DNA of 64,000 bases from positions 16,766 through 80,765 of the forward strand of contig JAUXUL010000036.1 in the NCBI GenBank assembly GCA_030680795.1, in the 5' to 3' direction. Below the pieces are notes generated by a model, which saw nothing but the letters and a program-made list of their open reading frames with translations, made no database searches and was not told the origin of the DNA. This document shows, piece after piece, positions 6,115 to 16,281 of the stretch. The translations under genes were made by a program, and so were the position numbers. Source of the stretch: Anaerolineales bacterium (lineage in GTDB: Bacteria > Chloroflexota > Anaerolineae > Anaerolineales > Villigracilaceae). Each line of letters begins with the position of its first letter. Position 1 is the first letter of the stretch.

Positions 6115-7054
6115 AAATTTTGCAGTCATCGGCGTTGGCGGTTATATTGCTCCGCGCCATTTACGCGCCATCCGTGATACGGGCAATCAACTCGTCGCCG
6201 CGGTAGACCCGAAGGATTCCGTCGGTCTGCTGGATCAATATTCTTTTGACGTGAAATTCTTTACCGAGATCGAACGCTTTGACCGTCACCTCGAAAAACT
6301 GCGCCGTGGACCCAAAGAGAACCGTGTGCATTATGTGACGGTCTGCTCGCCCAATTATTTACACGATGCGCATTGCCGCCTCGCATTACGCGTAGGCGCG
6401 GATGTGATCTGCGAAAAGCCATTGGTGATCAACCCCTGGAATTTTGACGCGCTCGAAGAATTGGAAGCCGAGACAAAACACCGCATCCATACCATCTTGC
6501 AGTTGCGCGTCCACCCCGAGTTGATCAAACTCCGCGAGTCTTTGCAAAATTCAAGCGGCATGCACGACGTCGAGTTGACCTACATCACCAGCCGCGGACC
6601 CTGGTATCAAGTCTCATGGAAGGGACATGAGGATAAATCAGGCGGTGTGGCTACGAATATTGGCGTACATTTCTTTGATCTTTTATTATGGTTGTTTGGT
6701 TCTGTAAATGGAATCAAGGTATATCATTCCGATGAAAGTTGCATGTCTGGCTTTATTGAGTTGGAGCATGCCCGCGTGCACTGGTTCCTCTCGGTTGACA
6801 AAAATGACCTGCCATTTTCTGCAAAGGCTGGCGGCAAAACGACCTATCGTTCAATCACAGTAGATGGCAAGGAAATTGAATTTTCAGAAGGCTTTACTGA
6901 TTTGCATACCCGTGTCTACGAAGAGACACTGGCAGGGCGTGGATTTGGTATCAAGGATGCGCGTCCATCCATTCAATTAACACATGCCATTCGCACCGCT
7001 GAAATTTCGCCGAAGGATGACATGGCTCACCCGCTGTTGAAGAACGCCAGGTGA
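6107..7054 (+). CDS. wbpB: WbpB/WlbA-type UDP-2-acetamido-2-deoxy-sugar 3-dehydrogenase (Gfo/Idh/MocA)
   Basis: 315 aa. Recalled colinearity with P. aeruginosa WbpB: NFAVIGVGGYIAPRHLRAIRDTGN, CSPNYLH, DVICEKPLV, YITSRGPWYQVSWKG, ATNIGVHFFD, TYRSITVDGKEIEFSEGFTDLHT. Confidence 0.85.
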   Translation: MPKNFAVIGVGGYIAPRHLRAIRDTGNQLVAAVDPKDSVGLLDQYSFDVKFFTEIERFDRHLEKLRRGPKENRVHYVTVCSPNYLHDAHCRLALRVGADVICEKPLVINPWNFDALEELEAETKHRIHTILQLRVHPELIKLRESLQNSSGMHDVELTYITSRGPWYQVSWKGHEDKSGGVATNIGVHFFDLLLWLFGSVNGIKVYHSDESCMSGFIELEHARVHWFLSVDKNDLPFSAKAGGKTTYRSITVDGKEIEFSEGFTDLHTRVYEETLAGRGFGIKDARPSIQLTHAIRTAEISPKDDMAHPLLKNAR

Positions 7055-7081
7055 CAGTCACTTTAAAAGTGACTGTCACCT
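7049..7081. repeat. 33-nt near-perfect palindrome (16-bp arms) overlapping the wbpB stop codon
   Basis: AGGTGACAGTCACTTT-A-AAAGTGACTGTCACCT. No U-tract follows. Confidence 0.7.
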
Positions 7082-7095
7082 GATGATGGAAATCT

Positions 7096-7674
7096 ATGCC
7101 TGATTATTTTGTTCACGAATCCAGTTATGTGGATGATGGCGCGGAGATTGGCGCCGGCACGAAGATATGGCATTTCTGCCACATCATGCCTCGCGCAAAA
7201 ATTGGCGAACGCTGTAATGTTGGTCAGAATGTACTGGTCTCTTCGGATGTGACCATTGGAAATAATGTAAAGATCCAAAACAACGTTTCGCTTTATACAG
7301 GTGTGATTGTTGAGGATGATGTTTTCCTCGGCCCCTCGATGGTATTTACTAATGTTATCAACCCGCGCAGTCATGTCAGCAGAAAAGATGAATATAAGAC
7401 TACGCTGGTTCGAAAAGGTGCCTCCATTGGGGCAAATGCAACGATTGTTTGCGGAACAACTTTGGGCAAATATTGTTTTGTCGGCGCGGGTGCGGTGGTG
7501 ACGAGAGACGTGCCAGACTACGCGCTCGTTTACGGCTCCCCTGCGCGCGTACGCGGTTGGATATGTCAGTGTGGTGAACAATTGAAATTCGAAGATGACC
7601 GCGCAGTCTGCAATGGTTGCGGTGATGCTTATCAAAAACAGGAACAAGTCGTCAGTCCAGAAAGAGGCGTTTGA
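7096..7674 (+). CDS. wbpD: WbpD/WlbB-type 3-amino-sugar N-acetyltransferase (left-handed beta-helix)
   Basis: 192 aa. [19 protein letters not shown], hexapeptide repeats, [45 protein letters not shown]. Confidence 0.85.
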   Translation: MPDYFVHESSYVDDGAEIGAGTKIWHFCHIMPRAKIGERCNVGQNVLVSSDVTIGNNVKIQNNVSLYTGVIVEDDVFLGPSMVFTNVINPRSHVSRKDEYKTTLVRKGASIGANATIVCGTTLGKYCFVGAGAVVTRDVPDYALVYGSPARVRGWICQCGEQLKFEDDRAVCNGCGDAYQKQEQVVSPERGV

Positions 7675-8768
7675 TGATTCCATTGGTTGACCTTACAGCG
7701 CAGTATCATTCCATCAAAAAAGAAATTGACGCGGCTGTCCTGTCCACCTTGGAATCGGGTCATTTTATTCTTGGACCACAGGTCACAAAATTTGAGGAAA
7801 GTGTCGCTTCGTACCTAGGCATGGACTTTGCGGTTGGACTGGCTTCGGGGACGGATGCGCTGGTGATCGCATTGCGGGCGTTGAATGTTGGCGCGGACGA
7901 TGAAGTCATCATGCCTGCCTATACGTTTTTTGCGACGGCAGGCACGGTCATGTCTGTCGGCGCGAAACCCCTCTTTGTGGATGTTGACCCGCAGACGTAT
8001 CAAATTGACGTGAGCAAAATTAGGTCTGCAATTACGCCAAAGACGAAAGCGATCATTCCCGTGCATTTGTACGGGCATCCCGCCGAGATGAATCCGATCC
8101 TTGAGATTGCGCGTGAGCATGGTTTGAAAATCATCGAAGATAACGCGCAGGGGTTCGGCGCGGAATATCTTGGCAGGAAAACTGGTTCACTCGGCGATAT
8201 TGGATGCTTGAGTTTTTTTCCCACAAAAAATCTCGGAGCGTTTGGCGATGCGGGCATGGTTGTGACAAATGACCCCGCGCTGGCTGAACGAATGCGAATG
8301 CTGCGGACGCACGGCTGGAAGAAAAAATATTATTCTGAAGAGGTCGGCTACAACAGCCGCATTGATGCTTTGCAAGCCGCCATCCTGCAAGCCAAACTGC
8401 CATACCTAGATTCGTGGAATGAGAAACGCCGCGAACTGGCTCAGCGCTACAGCGAGAAACTTGGTCCAAATCTTGTCACCCCGATCGAACGAGAATGGGG
8501 CAGGCATGTCTATCACCTGTATATTGTCCGCTCTGCAAAACGCGAGGAATTACAGGCATTTTTGAAACAGAAGGGGATTGCTTCTGAGGTATATTATCCC
8601 ATGCCACCGCATCTTTCTGTGCCATGCAGAAAATTTGGCTACAAGGAAGGTGACTTCCCCCATGCTGAGTTGGCATCACATGAGACTTTTGCGCTTCCGC
8701 TTTACCCTGAGTTGACTTTGTCCCAGCAGGATGAGGTGATCGCGGCGGTGCATGAGTTTGTGGGTTGA
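7671..8768 (+). CDS. wbpE: DegT/DnrJ/EryC1-family PLP aminotransferase (WbpE-type)
   Basis: 365 aa. [52 protein letters not shown] overlap with wbpD. Confidence 0.8.
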   Translation: MMIPLVDLTAQYHSIKKEIDAAVLSTLESGHFILGPQVTKFEESVASYLGMDFAVGLASGTDALVIALRALNVGADDEVIMPAYTFFATAGTVMSVGAKPLFVDVDPQTYQIDVSKIRSAITPKTKAIIPVHLYGHPAEMNPILEIAREHGLKIIEDNAQGFGAEYLGRKTGSLGDIGCLSFFPTKNLGAFGDAGMVVTNDPALAERMRMLRTHGWKKKYYSEEVGYNSRIDALQAAILQAKLPYLDSWNEKRRELAQRYSEKLGPNLVTPIEREWGRHVYHLYIVRSAKREELQAFLKQKGIASEVYYPMPPHLSVPCRKFGYKEGDFPHAELASHETFALPLYPELTLSQQDEVIAAVHEFVG

Positions 8769-8771
8769 TAA

Positions 8772-10280
8772 ATGGTTAATTTGCCAGTTTCGCCCAACCC
8801 GCAAAACCCTGATAATAAAAAGAAAACCAACTTTTCAGCAGACATATTCAAGTTGGTGTCAGGCACGGCAATTTCGCTGGCACTAGGCGTGTTGATAATG
8901 CCTTTGCTGGCGCGTTTGTATGCGCCAGCCGCTTTTGGCGTGCTGGCTCTTTTTACTTCAATTGCAGGGATCCTCGCGGTCATTATTAGTCTGCGATATG
9001 AAATTACAATCATGCTCCCTGAAAGCGATAAGGAGGCGGCCAATCTTTTGGCAGGCAGTTTGGGCGTTGCAACAGTGAACAGCCTGCTTAGTATTCCACT
9101 GGTTTGGTTTGGCGCGCCATTTATTGGGCGGTGGTTGAAATCTCCAGAACTTGTGCCTTACTTGTGGTTATTAATCCCGGTGGTGTTTTTTGGCGGCGTT
9201 GGCGCCGGTCATCCAGCTTTGAATGCCTGGGCAAGCCGTAAACGAAATTTTACCCAAATCTCCACAACACGCGTGATCGGTAGCTTGACGCTCAATGCGG
9301 CGAAGTTGATTGCTGGGTTTTCCAGTTTTAATTCTGCTGTCGGTTTGATCTATGGCACCCTGATTGGTGCAATATGTTCGCCGTTCTTTCTTGGCTGGCA
9401 GATCTGGAGGCAAGATAAAATCCCGTTTTATGAAAATATTAGCCTTTCGCAAGCTTTGGCGGGATTAAAGAAATACCGAAAGTTTTCCTTATATAACACT
9501 TTGTCTACGCTGCTCAATACGGTCTCCTGGCAGGTGCCGTCTTTCATGCTTTCCGCTTTTTTTTCCACCACTGTGGTAGGGTATTATGCGTTTGGCAGTC
9601 AGTTGCTGCGTGTGCCAATGGATTTAATCGGCAATTCGATCGGGCAGGCTTTTTATTCGCATGCGGCTATAGCCCACCGCGAAGGGACTCTGGCGGTCTT
9701 TGTTGAGAACACATTCCGCCGCCTTGTAGAGTATAGTTTTTTTCCGATTTTAATGCTGACTGTAATTGGCAAAGACTTATTCCAGGTTGTATTCGGTTCA
9801 CAGTGGGCAGAGTCCGGGGTTTATACCCAAATATTGAGCATATGGATGGTTTTCTGGTTTGTTTCATCTCCGATGAGTCAGCTATACAGCGTTCTACAGA
9901 AGAATGAACTATTTCTAGGGCTGAATGTGGTCATTCTGATTACTCGTATTGTGTCCATTTGGCTTGGGGGAGTATTGGAAAGTCCGCGCCTTGCATTGCT
10001 CTTCTTCTCTATTTCAGGCGCAGTGGTATATGGTTTTCTTGGTGCTTCAATTATTTTCTTCTCTGGCGTTCCCTGGCGCAGGATAGTACGAATTATTCTT
10101 GAAAATCTTGCCGTATCCATACTTGCTGCTGGGGCGCTTTTTCTCTTTAATCTAATTCATGCTGCAAGTTGGGTGCAATTGATCGTAGCTGTGGTATTTA
10201 TCGGAATCTATTTTGCGTATCGTCTCAAAGACAACGAACGCGTAAAACATTTTTTTGTAAAGAGAACATCCATCAACTAA
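8772..10280 (+). CDS. wzx: Wzx-type oligosaccharide flippase (MOP superfamily)
   Basis: 502 aa, polytopic (about 12-14 hydrophobic segments). Position and size are typical of polysaccharide-biosynthesis flippases. Confidence 0.7.
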   Translation: MVNLPVSPNPQNPDNKKKTNFSADIFKLVSGTAISLALGVLIMPLLARLYAPAAFGVLALFTSIAGILAVIISLRYEITIMLPESDKEAANLLAGSLGVATVNSLLSIPLVWFGAPFIGRWLKSPELVPYLWLLIPVVFFGGVGAGHPALNAWASRKRNFTQISTTRVIGSLTLNAAKLIAGFSSFNSAVGLIYGTLIGAICSPFFLGWQIWRQDKIPFYENISLSQALAGLKKYRKFSLYNTLSTLLNTVSWQVPSFMLSAFFSTTVVGYYAFGSQLLRVPMDLIGNSIGQAFYSHAAIAHREGTLAVFVENTFRRLVEYSFFPILMLTVIGKDLFQVVFGSQWAESGVYTQILSIWMVFWFVSSPMSQLYSVLQKNELFLGLNVVILITRIVSIWLGGVLESPRLALLFFSISGAVVYGFLGASIIFFSGVPWRRIVRIILENLAVSILAAGALFLFNLIHAASWVQLIVAVVFIGIYFAYRLKDNERVKHFFVKRTSIN

Positions 10281-10376
10281 TGTAAAAGATAAGGACTGCC
10301 CAAAAATAGTTTTATATTTTTGTGTTATGCAGGAAAAGCAGGAAAACCCTAAATAAATTACCCGAAGAGGTTCGCA

Positions 10377-10925
10377 GTGGAAAATAGACAAAAATCCATA
10401 ATTGATTTTTCAAAATTAAAGAAATTTGTAATAGGAATCATGCGTTTGGTTCCTGTGCCTTTGGGGTTATGCTTGTTAAATATAATTGTGCAAAGAATTT
10501 TCCAAATTAATGGGGATGTACGATGGATGGTTCATTATACATCAAGGGTCACAACCCCTAAAAAAATCCGTCTCGGAGAAAAGGTATGGCTTTCATTTGC
10601 AGTTAGCGGAAGTTGTTATATACAGGGATTTAATGGTATTTATATTGACGACTATACAATATTTGCGCCCGGCGTGAAAATAATCTCAGCCAATCATGTT
10701 TTTGGTGAGTCTAATAAATGGGATGATGAAGTCCCCATTCAGATAGGAAAACATTGTTGGTTGGGGGCAAATGCAGTGATCTTGCCGGGAGTTACTCTGG
10801 GAGATAATTGTTTGGTTGGCGCCGGGGCAGTGGTTACTAAAAGTTTTCCTGCTGGGAGCAAGATAGCAGGAGTTCCGGCTAAATTGATCGAACAACCTAC
10901 CATATGCAAAGACAATGCAATTTGA
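10377..10925 (+). CDS. Hexapeptide-repeat O-acetyltransferase (WbbJ/MAT-like) with N-terminal hydrophobic segment
   Basis: C-terminal [47 protein letters not shown]. Start uncertain (GTG 10377 or ATG 10440). Confidence 0.7.
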   Translation: MENRQKSIIDFSKLKKFVIGIMRLVPVPLGLCLLNIIVQRIFQINGDVRWMVHYTSRVTTPKKIRLGEKVWLSFAVSGSCYIQGFNGIYIDDYTIFAPGVKIISANHVFGESNKWDDEVPIQIGKHCWLGANAVILPGVTLGDNCLVGAGAVVTKSFPAGSKIAGVPAKLIEQPTICKDNAI

Positions 10926-10940
10926 AAGGATCATCTTTTT

Positions 10941-12122
10941 ATGAAAAAAATACTAATCATGTGCAACACCGATCCTAACACCAGTCCGCGCCCAAACCGT
11001 ATGGCAAGGTGGTTGAAGGATGAGTACCAAGTTACAGTTGTGGCGCGCCAGGAATTGCGCATTGCAGGGCTTGCGAATTCTTTTGTCATCGCTCCTGAAG
11101 GTTTGTTTGGCACACTGGCAAAAGGGAAAAAATCAATCGTTAAGCTAAAGGAACTTCTTCGACGTTTGGTGATGTTCACAAAAAAGGATTATGAAGGCAT
11201 GATCTGGGCAAGCATCGGGAGTCCATCAGACTTACTTCAGCGCCTTGCCCGTGAGAATTTTGATTTGATCATCACACATGATTGCACTCTGTTGCCCTTG
11301 GCATTTTCCGTTAAAGGTGAAAAACCTGTCAAGGTCATGCTGGATGCCAGAGAGTATTATCCGCGTAATTTTGACGACCAATGGCTATGGCGCGTATTTG
11401 TGAGACCCATTAATGAGTATCTGTGCGAGCATTATCTTTCCCGCTGTAATAAAATTATCACTGTAAGTGACGGGCTTGCCCGCGAATATAATAAGGCATA
11501 TCAAATTGATCCAGAGGTCATTATGAGCATGCCCCCAGCTCAGGAAATGCCTCTCGTGCCCGCACAGCCGGGCAGAATCAGGTTAATCCACCATGGGCAG
11601 GCAAATTCATCCCGCAGACTTGAACTGATGATTGAAATGATGGATTTTCTTGATGAACGATTTTCTCTCGACTTGATGCTTGTGGGAGACGGGCGGTATC
11701 TTGAAAAACTTCGCCGCCTTACATTGCGTGGAAAGAATGTGAAAATCATTCCGCCAGTGCCGATGAAGGATATTGTTCCGTTCATTAATCAGTATGATGT
11801 TGGTTTGTATCTCGTGCAGCCGTCAAATTTTAATATCGAATACATGTTGCCGAATAAATTATTCGAGTTTATTCAAGCCCGCCTGGTGGTGGCAATTGGG
11901 CCAAGCATTGACATGAAAAAGATCGTAGAGAAATATGATTGCGGCATTGTATCGCAGGATTTCTCTCCACAATCGCTGGCGCAGGAACTGAATAAACTCA
12001 CACCCGAGAGAATTATGGATTTAAAGCGGAAGTCTCATCAAGCCGCAATGCAATTAAATGCCGAGGCAAATGGAAAAAGAATCCATGAAATTGTTGAAGA
12101 TTTGGTGGGAAATAATACATAA
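10941..12122 (+). CDS. GT-B fold glycosyltransferase (GT4-like)
   Basis: 393 aa. C-terminal Rossmann half with PNKLFEFIQARLVVAIGP resembling the E-x7-E region. Confidence 0.55.
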   Translation: MKKILIMCNTDPNTSPRPNRMARWLKDEYQVTVVARQELRIAGLANSFVIAPEGLFGTLAKGKKSIVKLKELLRRLVMFTKKDYEGMIWASIGSPSDLLQRLARENFDLIITHDCTLLPLAFSVKGEKPVKVMLDAREYYPRNFDDQWLWRVFVRPINEYLCEHYLSRCNKIITVSDGLAREYNKAYQIDPEVIMSMPPAQEMPLVPAQPGRIRLIHHGQANSSRRLELMIEMMDFLDERFSLDLMLVGDGRYLEKLRRLTLRGKNVKIIPPVPMKDIVPFINQYDVGLYLVQPSNFNIEYMLPNKLFEFIQARLVVAIGPSIDMKKIVEKYDCGIVSQDFSPQSLAQELNKLTPERIMDLKRKSHQAAMQLNAEANGKRIHEIVEDLVGNNT

Positions 12123-12124
12123 CC

Positions 12125-13213
12125 ATGCGTATCGCTTACATCAGCCTTCACTGGCCGCGCACCCGTAACAGCGGCGTTGGAAAAAAAATCCAATCGCAGA
12201 TCGCAGCCTGGAACACAATGGGGCATAAAGCCCGATTGTTCATGCACACTTCACAGCATGAGCCTCAATCCGAATTGATCGAGTCCGACACTTTTTTCTA
12301 TGCAGCGAACGGGAAAATAAAAACAGAAATAAACCGCATCAAAGCCATGAACAGGATGATCGCGGCAATACGCAACTTTCGGCCCGACCTGATCTATCTA
12401 CGCTACGGCATTTACGTTTACCCTGCTCATCTTTTGATGGACATCGCCCCAGTAGTTGAAGAGATCAACACCAATGACTTGACTCAACACGAAGAGCTTG
12501 GAGGCATCTATAGCTTATATAACCGCCTCACACGCGGGATATTTCTTCGCAACATACGCGGACTTATAACTGTCTCACGTGAACTGGCAGTTTCCCCCGC
12601 CTTTGCATCCTATCGAAAGCCAACGCGTATCATTGCAAATGGGGTGGATTTGAAAAGTTTTGCTCAATTACCGCCTGCATCGAATGAGATTCCACGTCTT
12701 GTTTTTATTGGTAACCCCGGCTGCCTCTGGCATGGCGTGGATAAGCTGGTCACACTCGCTAAACTTATCCCCGATGTTCACCTTGATATTGTGGGCTACA
12801 GTGAACTTCCAGAGCACGAACCATTACCTGAAAATATCACCTTGCACGGCTATTTGGCGGTCCAAGAGTATCGAAATGTGCTGGCTTACGCAGATGTTGC
12901 GATCAGTTCCCTTGCGTTGCATCGGGTTCAATTGGAAGAGGCATCTCCGCTCAAGAGCCGCGAATGTCTCGCTTTTGGATTGCCTTTGATTGTCTCATAC
13001 ATTGATACTGATTTGGATCATTTAAATTTCGATTTCCTGTTGAAGATTCCCAACAAAGAAGATAATATTCAGACCCATGCTCGGGCAATCCGTGATTTTG
13101 CCTGGCGGATGCGCGGCTCACGCGTGGATCGGAACCAGGTATTAAGGCTTGATCAGGCAAATAAAGAAATTGATCGGATTCAATTTTTTTCGGAAATATT
13201 AAACCCGGAGTAG
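12125..13213 (+). CDS. GT-B fold glycosyltransferase (GT4-like)
   Basis: 362 aa. LVFIGNPGCLWHGVDKLV...SPLKSRECLAFGLPLIV. Confidence 0.55.
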   Translation: MRIAYISLHWPRTRNSGVGKKIQSQIAAWNTMGHKARLFMHTSQHEPQSELIESDTFFYAANGKIKTEINRIKAMNRMIAAIRNFRPDLIYLRYGIYVYPAHLLMDIAPVVEEINTNDLTQHEELGGIYSLYNRLTRGIFLRNIRGLITVSRELAVSPAFASYRKPTRIIANGVDLKSFAQLPPASNEIPRLVFIGNPGCLWHGVDKLVTLAKLIPDVHLDIVGYSELPEHEPLPENITLHGYLAVQEYRNVLAYADVAISSLALHRVQLEEASPLKSRECLAFGLPLIVSYIDTDLDHLNFDFLLKIPNKEDNIQTHARAIRDFAWRMRGSRVDRNQVLRLDQANKEIDRIQFFSEILNPE

Positions 13214-13217
13214 GTTG

Positions 13218-15293
13218 ATGAAACAAAATATATGCAGATTTTTTCTTTTTGCTCTTATTTCTTATTTAATGATCCAGTCCTCTCAAGGATTCCAAAGGAT
13301 TGCCTGGGGCACGGGCCTATGGTGGGGGGAATATTCCTTGAAATGGGGCATGGTATATATATTGTATGTTCTTTTCTGTGTTTGTGTTATCGTTTTCGCG
13401 GGGAATGCAATATGGCGTCCCAAAAAATTTCAGCCTCTTTTCGATGAAATGATCGTCATTCGTGAACGATTAGGTATCTCGCGCTGGCTCCTGGCTCTGC
13501 TTGTTTTAATTTCACCGGTCTGGTTCTTTCAATATACAGCGTGGGGGCTGGTTTTTAGCGATATTTACATCCGAATATTGATATGGAGTTTGGTCATCTT
13601 TTTGTTCGCTTTCCTTATCAAAAAAGGCAGCACTTTATCAGGTTGGAATGAATATATGGCTGCCGCCCTGCTTACTTCCAGTGAATTCGTGATTGCCATT
13701 CCATTTATGAATGTAACAGGCTATCCGTTTTCACTGGGCTGGTCCGAAGGGAATCGGATGTGGGACTATTCCATCCTTTTTGGCAGGCAATTGTATGATT
13801 ATCCTGCCGACCAGGAGATTCGTGTCCTGCTAGATATTGGCAGGCAATTTGTAGGTGGTTTGCCTTTTATCATTCCCGGCCTTACGATTGAAATGGAAAG
13901 ATTTTGGATCGCGCTGACGGTTCTTATCCCCTACCTGTTGCTTGGTTTGGCAATATTCCGCTTTGCCCGTACCAACCTAAAGGTGTGGCTGCTCGGCACG
14001 TTATGGGTATTGATCTTCCTCAAGCAGGGTCCGATACATCCCCCGCTTGTCTTGTACGCTGTGGCGACCGTTTTGCTTTGGCGAAAGCCGCTTTGGCTTG
14101 CACTTCCACTCATCGCGATAACAGGTTATATCGCCGAGGCAAGCCGCTTCACCTGGGTATTTGCCCCGGGCATATGGCTTGGTATGCTGGAACTGGCTGG
14201 CGCTTCTTTATACAATAAAAAAATTAATATTCATTCATGGGTTCGCGCAATTTCATTAGGACTTGCTGGGATGGCTGGGGGGCAATTTGGGCAAAAAGTC
14301 GCAGGGTTGTTCGCCGGCAATGTACAGGTAAGCCCTGCCACATCTGTTAGCAGCGTGGTCTCTGTGGTTTCCGCTCCTCCAGAACCTCTTTTATGGTACC
14401 GTCTTTTGCCAAATGAAACCTATGGAGTTGGGATTTTGCTTGGCTTGTTGATTGCAATCGTACCGTTAATCATCGTTTTATTTTATCTGGCAAAAACCCG
14501 GAAGTGGCATCTAAATATTTGGCAGGCGCTGGCTGTCATATTGCCCCTGTTGGCGTTTCTCGTCGTAGGATTAATAGTTAGTACAAAAATTGGCGGGGGG
14601 GGTGATTTGCACAACATGGATATGTTTTTGATTGGGCTGGTATTTGCGACGGTAATTGCATGGGAAAAAGGTGGCTGGGAGTGGTTGTCCAACCTGGCCC
14701 TTGCTCCTGTTTGGATCAAACTTGTCCTGCTCCTGTTTTTTTCCCTGCCCGGTCTCACGTCTCTTACTGATCTACGCCCCCATAACTTCGCAAACGACGT
14801 GTCATGGCTGATTACTCTCACAAACTCTCCTGAAAAGAGTTCGTTAGATATGGTTCCGCCTCGCGAGGTTTCTGAACGGGCACTTGCGGTCATTCAAGAA
14901 CAGGTTGATCTGGCCTTGTCAACGGGTGGAGAGGTGCTATTTATGGACCAGCGTCAGCTGCTGACTTTTGGTTATATAAAGAATGTCCCGCTTGTTCCTG
15001 AATATGAAAAGAAAATTCTAATGAATGAAGCTTTAGGTTCGCGGGCAGCTTATTTCCAGCCATTCTATGCCGATCTTGCCGCGCATCGTTTTTCATTGAT
15101 CGTTTCGGAACTCCTGCGTACCCCCATCAAGGATAGCTCCTACCAATTTGGCGAAGAGAACAACGCCTGGGTCAAATGGGTTTCCAATGTGGTGTTGTGT
15201 TACTATGAACCGAAGATCACATTGAAGGAGGTTGGTGTGCAATTGCTCGTGCCAAAAGCGGAGCCGGTGGATTGCTCAGCCCAACTGCCATGA
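13218..15293 (+). CDS. Large polytopic membrane protein with C-terminal soluble domain (possible GT-C glycosyltransferase or polymerase)
   Basis: About 691 aa with more than 12 hydrophobic segments. GGAG lies 7 nt before ATG 13218. No diagnostic motif recognised. Confidence 0.4.
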   Translation: MKQNICRFFLFALISYLMIQSSQGFQRIAWGTGLWWGEYSLKWGMVYILYVLFCVCVIVFAGNAIWRPKKFQPLFDEMIVIRERLGISRWLLALLVLISPVWFFQYTAWGLVFSDIYIRILIWSLVIFLFAFLIKKGSTLSGWNEYMAAALLTSSEFVIAIPFMNVTGYPFSLGWSEGNRMWDYSILFGRQLYDYPADQEIRVLLDIGRQFVGGLPFIIPGLTIEMERFWIALTVLIPYLLLGLAIFRFARTNLKVWLLGTLWVLIFLKQGPIHPPLVLYAVATVLLWRKPLWLALPLIAITGYIAEASRFTWVFAPGIWLGMLELAGASLYNKKINIHSWVRAISLGLAGMAGGQFGQKVAGLFAGNVQVSPATSVSSVVSVVSAPPEPLLWYRLLPNETYGVGILLGLLIAIVPLIIVLFYLAKTRKWHLNIWQALAVILPLLAFLVVGLIVSTKIGGGGDLHNMDMFLIGLVFATVIAWEKGGWEWLSNLALAPVWIKLVLLLFFSLPGLTSLTDLRPHNFANDVSWLITLTNSPEKSSLDMVPPREVSERALAVIQEQVDLALSTGGEVLFMDQRQLLTFGYIKNVPLVPEYEKKILMNEALGSRAAYFQPFYADLAAHRFSLIVSELLRTPIKDSSYQFGEENNAWVKWVSNVVLCYYEPKITLKEVGVQLLVPKAEPVDCSAQLP

Positions 15294-16129
15294 GGAAATT
15301 TCGGGTGAATATCAAGTATCTTATGCTCCGTGTTTTGCGTCACTTCATGCCCGAGGCGCTGGCTCGTTTTCTTTTGAAACACAGGTGGATCATTCGCCCT
15401 GGATTGGAGTCCAGTGATCCCTCTGCCGCTGTGGATCAATATATCAAAACCCTTTCTATTCACGGCGAATCCATTCAGGGCAAGCGCGTGCTGGTTTTTG
15501 GTTACGGCGGGCGTTTTGCGGTTGCTGTAGAATTGCTTCGCCGGGGAGCCGCGCACGTGGCGCTTTGCGATCATTTCGTTTTACTGGATCAGAAGCGCAA
15601 CCTGGAACTATTGCCTGATTATTCCAATTACCTCTTTGTCCAAAATGACAGGGTCATGCCTCATCCCGAATTTATCACTCTGTTTCATGGCGATATTCGC
15701 GCTGACTCGATCCAGAAGCAGATTTCCGAAGTGGACTATGTCCTCAGCACATCGGTATACGAACACCTGGATGATGTGGATGGCATTACGCGCGCCCTCG
15801 CAAAACTGACTGCGCCGACGGGTACGCATTTACATTTTGTGGATCTGCGCGACCACTATTTCAAGTATCCTTTTGAAATGCTTACGTTTTCGGAACGCGT
15901 GTGGAGGAATTTCCTCAACCCCACCAGCAACCTGAACCGCTTCCGCCTGACGGATTACCGGGAAGTGTTCGGCGCGTATTTCCAAAAAGTGAACATCACT
16001 GTTTTGGAGCGGCTCGAGGATGAATTCCGCGCCGCACGCCCGCGCATCCGCCCGGAATTTCTTACGGGTGATGAAGCAGTGGATTCTGTCGCTTTGATCC
16101 ACGTCCTTGCCGAAGTTCCGAAGCGTTAA
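15290..16129 (+). CDS. Class I SAM-dependent methyltransferase
   Basis: ATGA overlap with the upstream gene. Motif-I-like VLVFGYGGRFAVAVELLRRGA. Confidence 0.6.
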   Translation: MRKFRVNIKYLMLRVLRHFMPEALARFLLKHRWIIRPGLESSDPSAAVDQYIKTLSIHGESIQGKRVLVFGYGGRFAVAVELLRRGAAHVALCDHFVLLDQKRNLELLPDYSNYLFVQNDRVMPHPEFITLFHGDIRADSIQKQISEVDYVLSTSVYEHLDDVDGITRALAKLTAPTGTHLHFVDLRDHYFKYPFEMLTFSERVWRNFLNPTSNLNRFRLTDYREVFGAYFQKVNITVLERLEDEFRAARPRIRPEFLTGDEAVDSVALIHVLAEVPKR

Positions 16130-16146
16130 TAACTGATATTACGCAC

Positions 16147-16240
16147 GTCATTGCGAGACGGTGTTCGTCCGTCGAAGCAATCTCCATGCGTAAACGGGGA
16201 TTGCTTCGACGCAAAGAGCAAGGGCGCTCCTCGCTATGAC
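16147..16240. repeat. Palindromic element family A
   Basis: GTCATTGCGAG...GAAGCAATC...GATTGCTTCG...CTCGCTATGAC. Other copies at 24718-24807 and 58781-58869. Confidence 0.75.
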
Positions 16241-16281
16241 ACCTACTGCGTAAGGTAAGTTAATAATTGGAGATACCCAAG

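Noticed and set aside
7049-7081. Hairpins at 7049, 25807, 26707 and 37680 as classical rho-independent terminators.
   Set aside because: None is followed by a U-tract, and all lie inside apparently co-transcribed gene strings. They are reported as structures of unknown role. Only 17925-17995, between convergent genes and with a T-rich tail, is called a candidate terminator.
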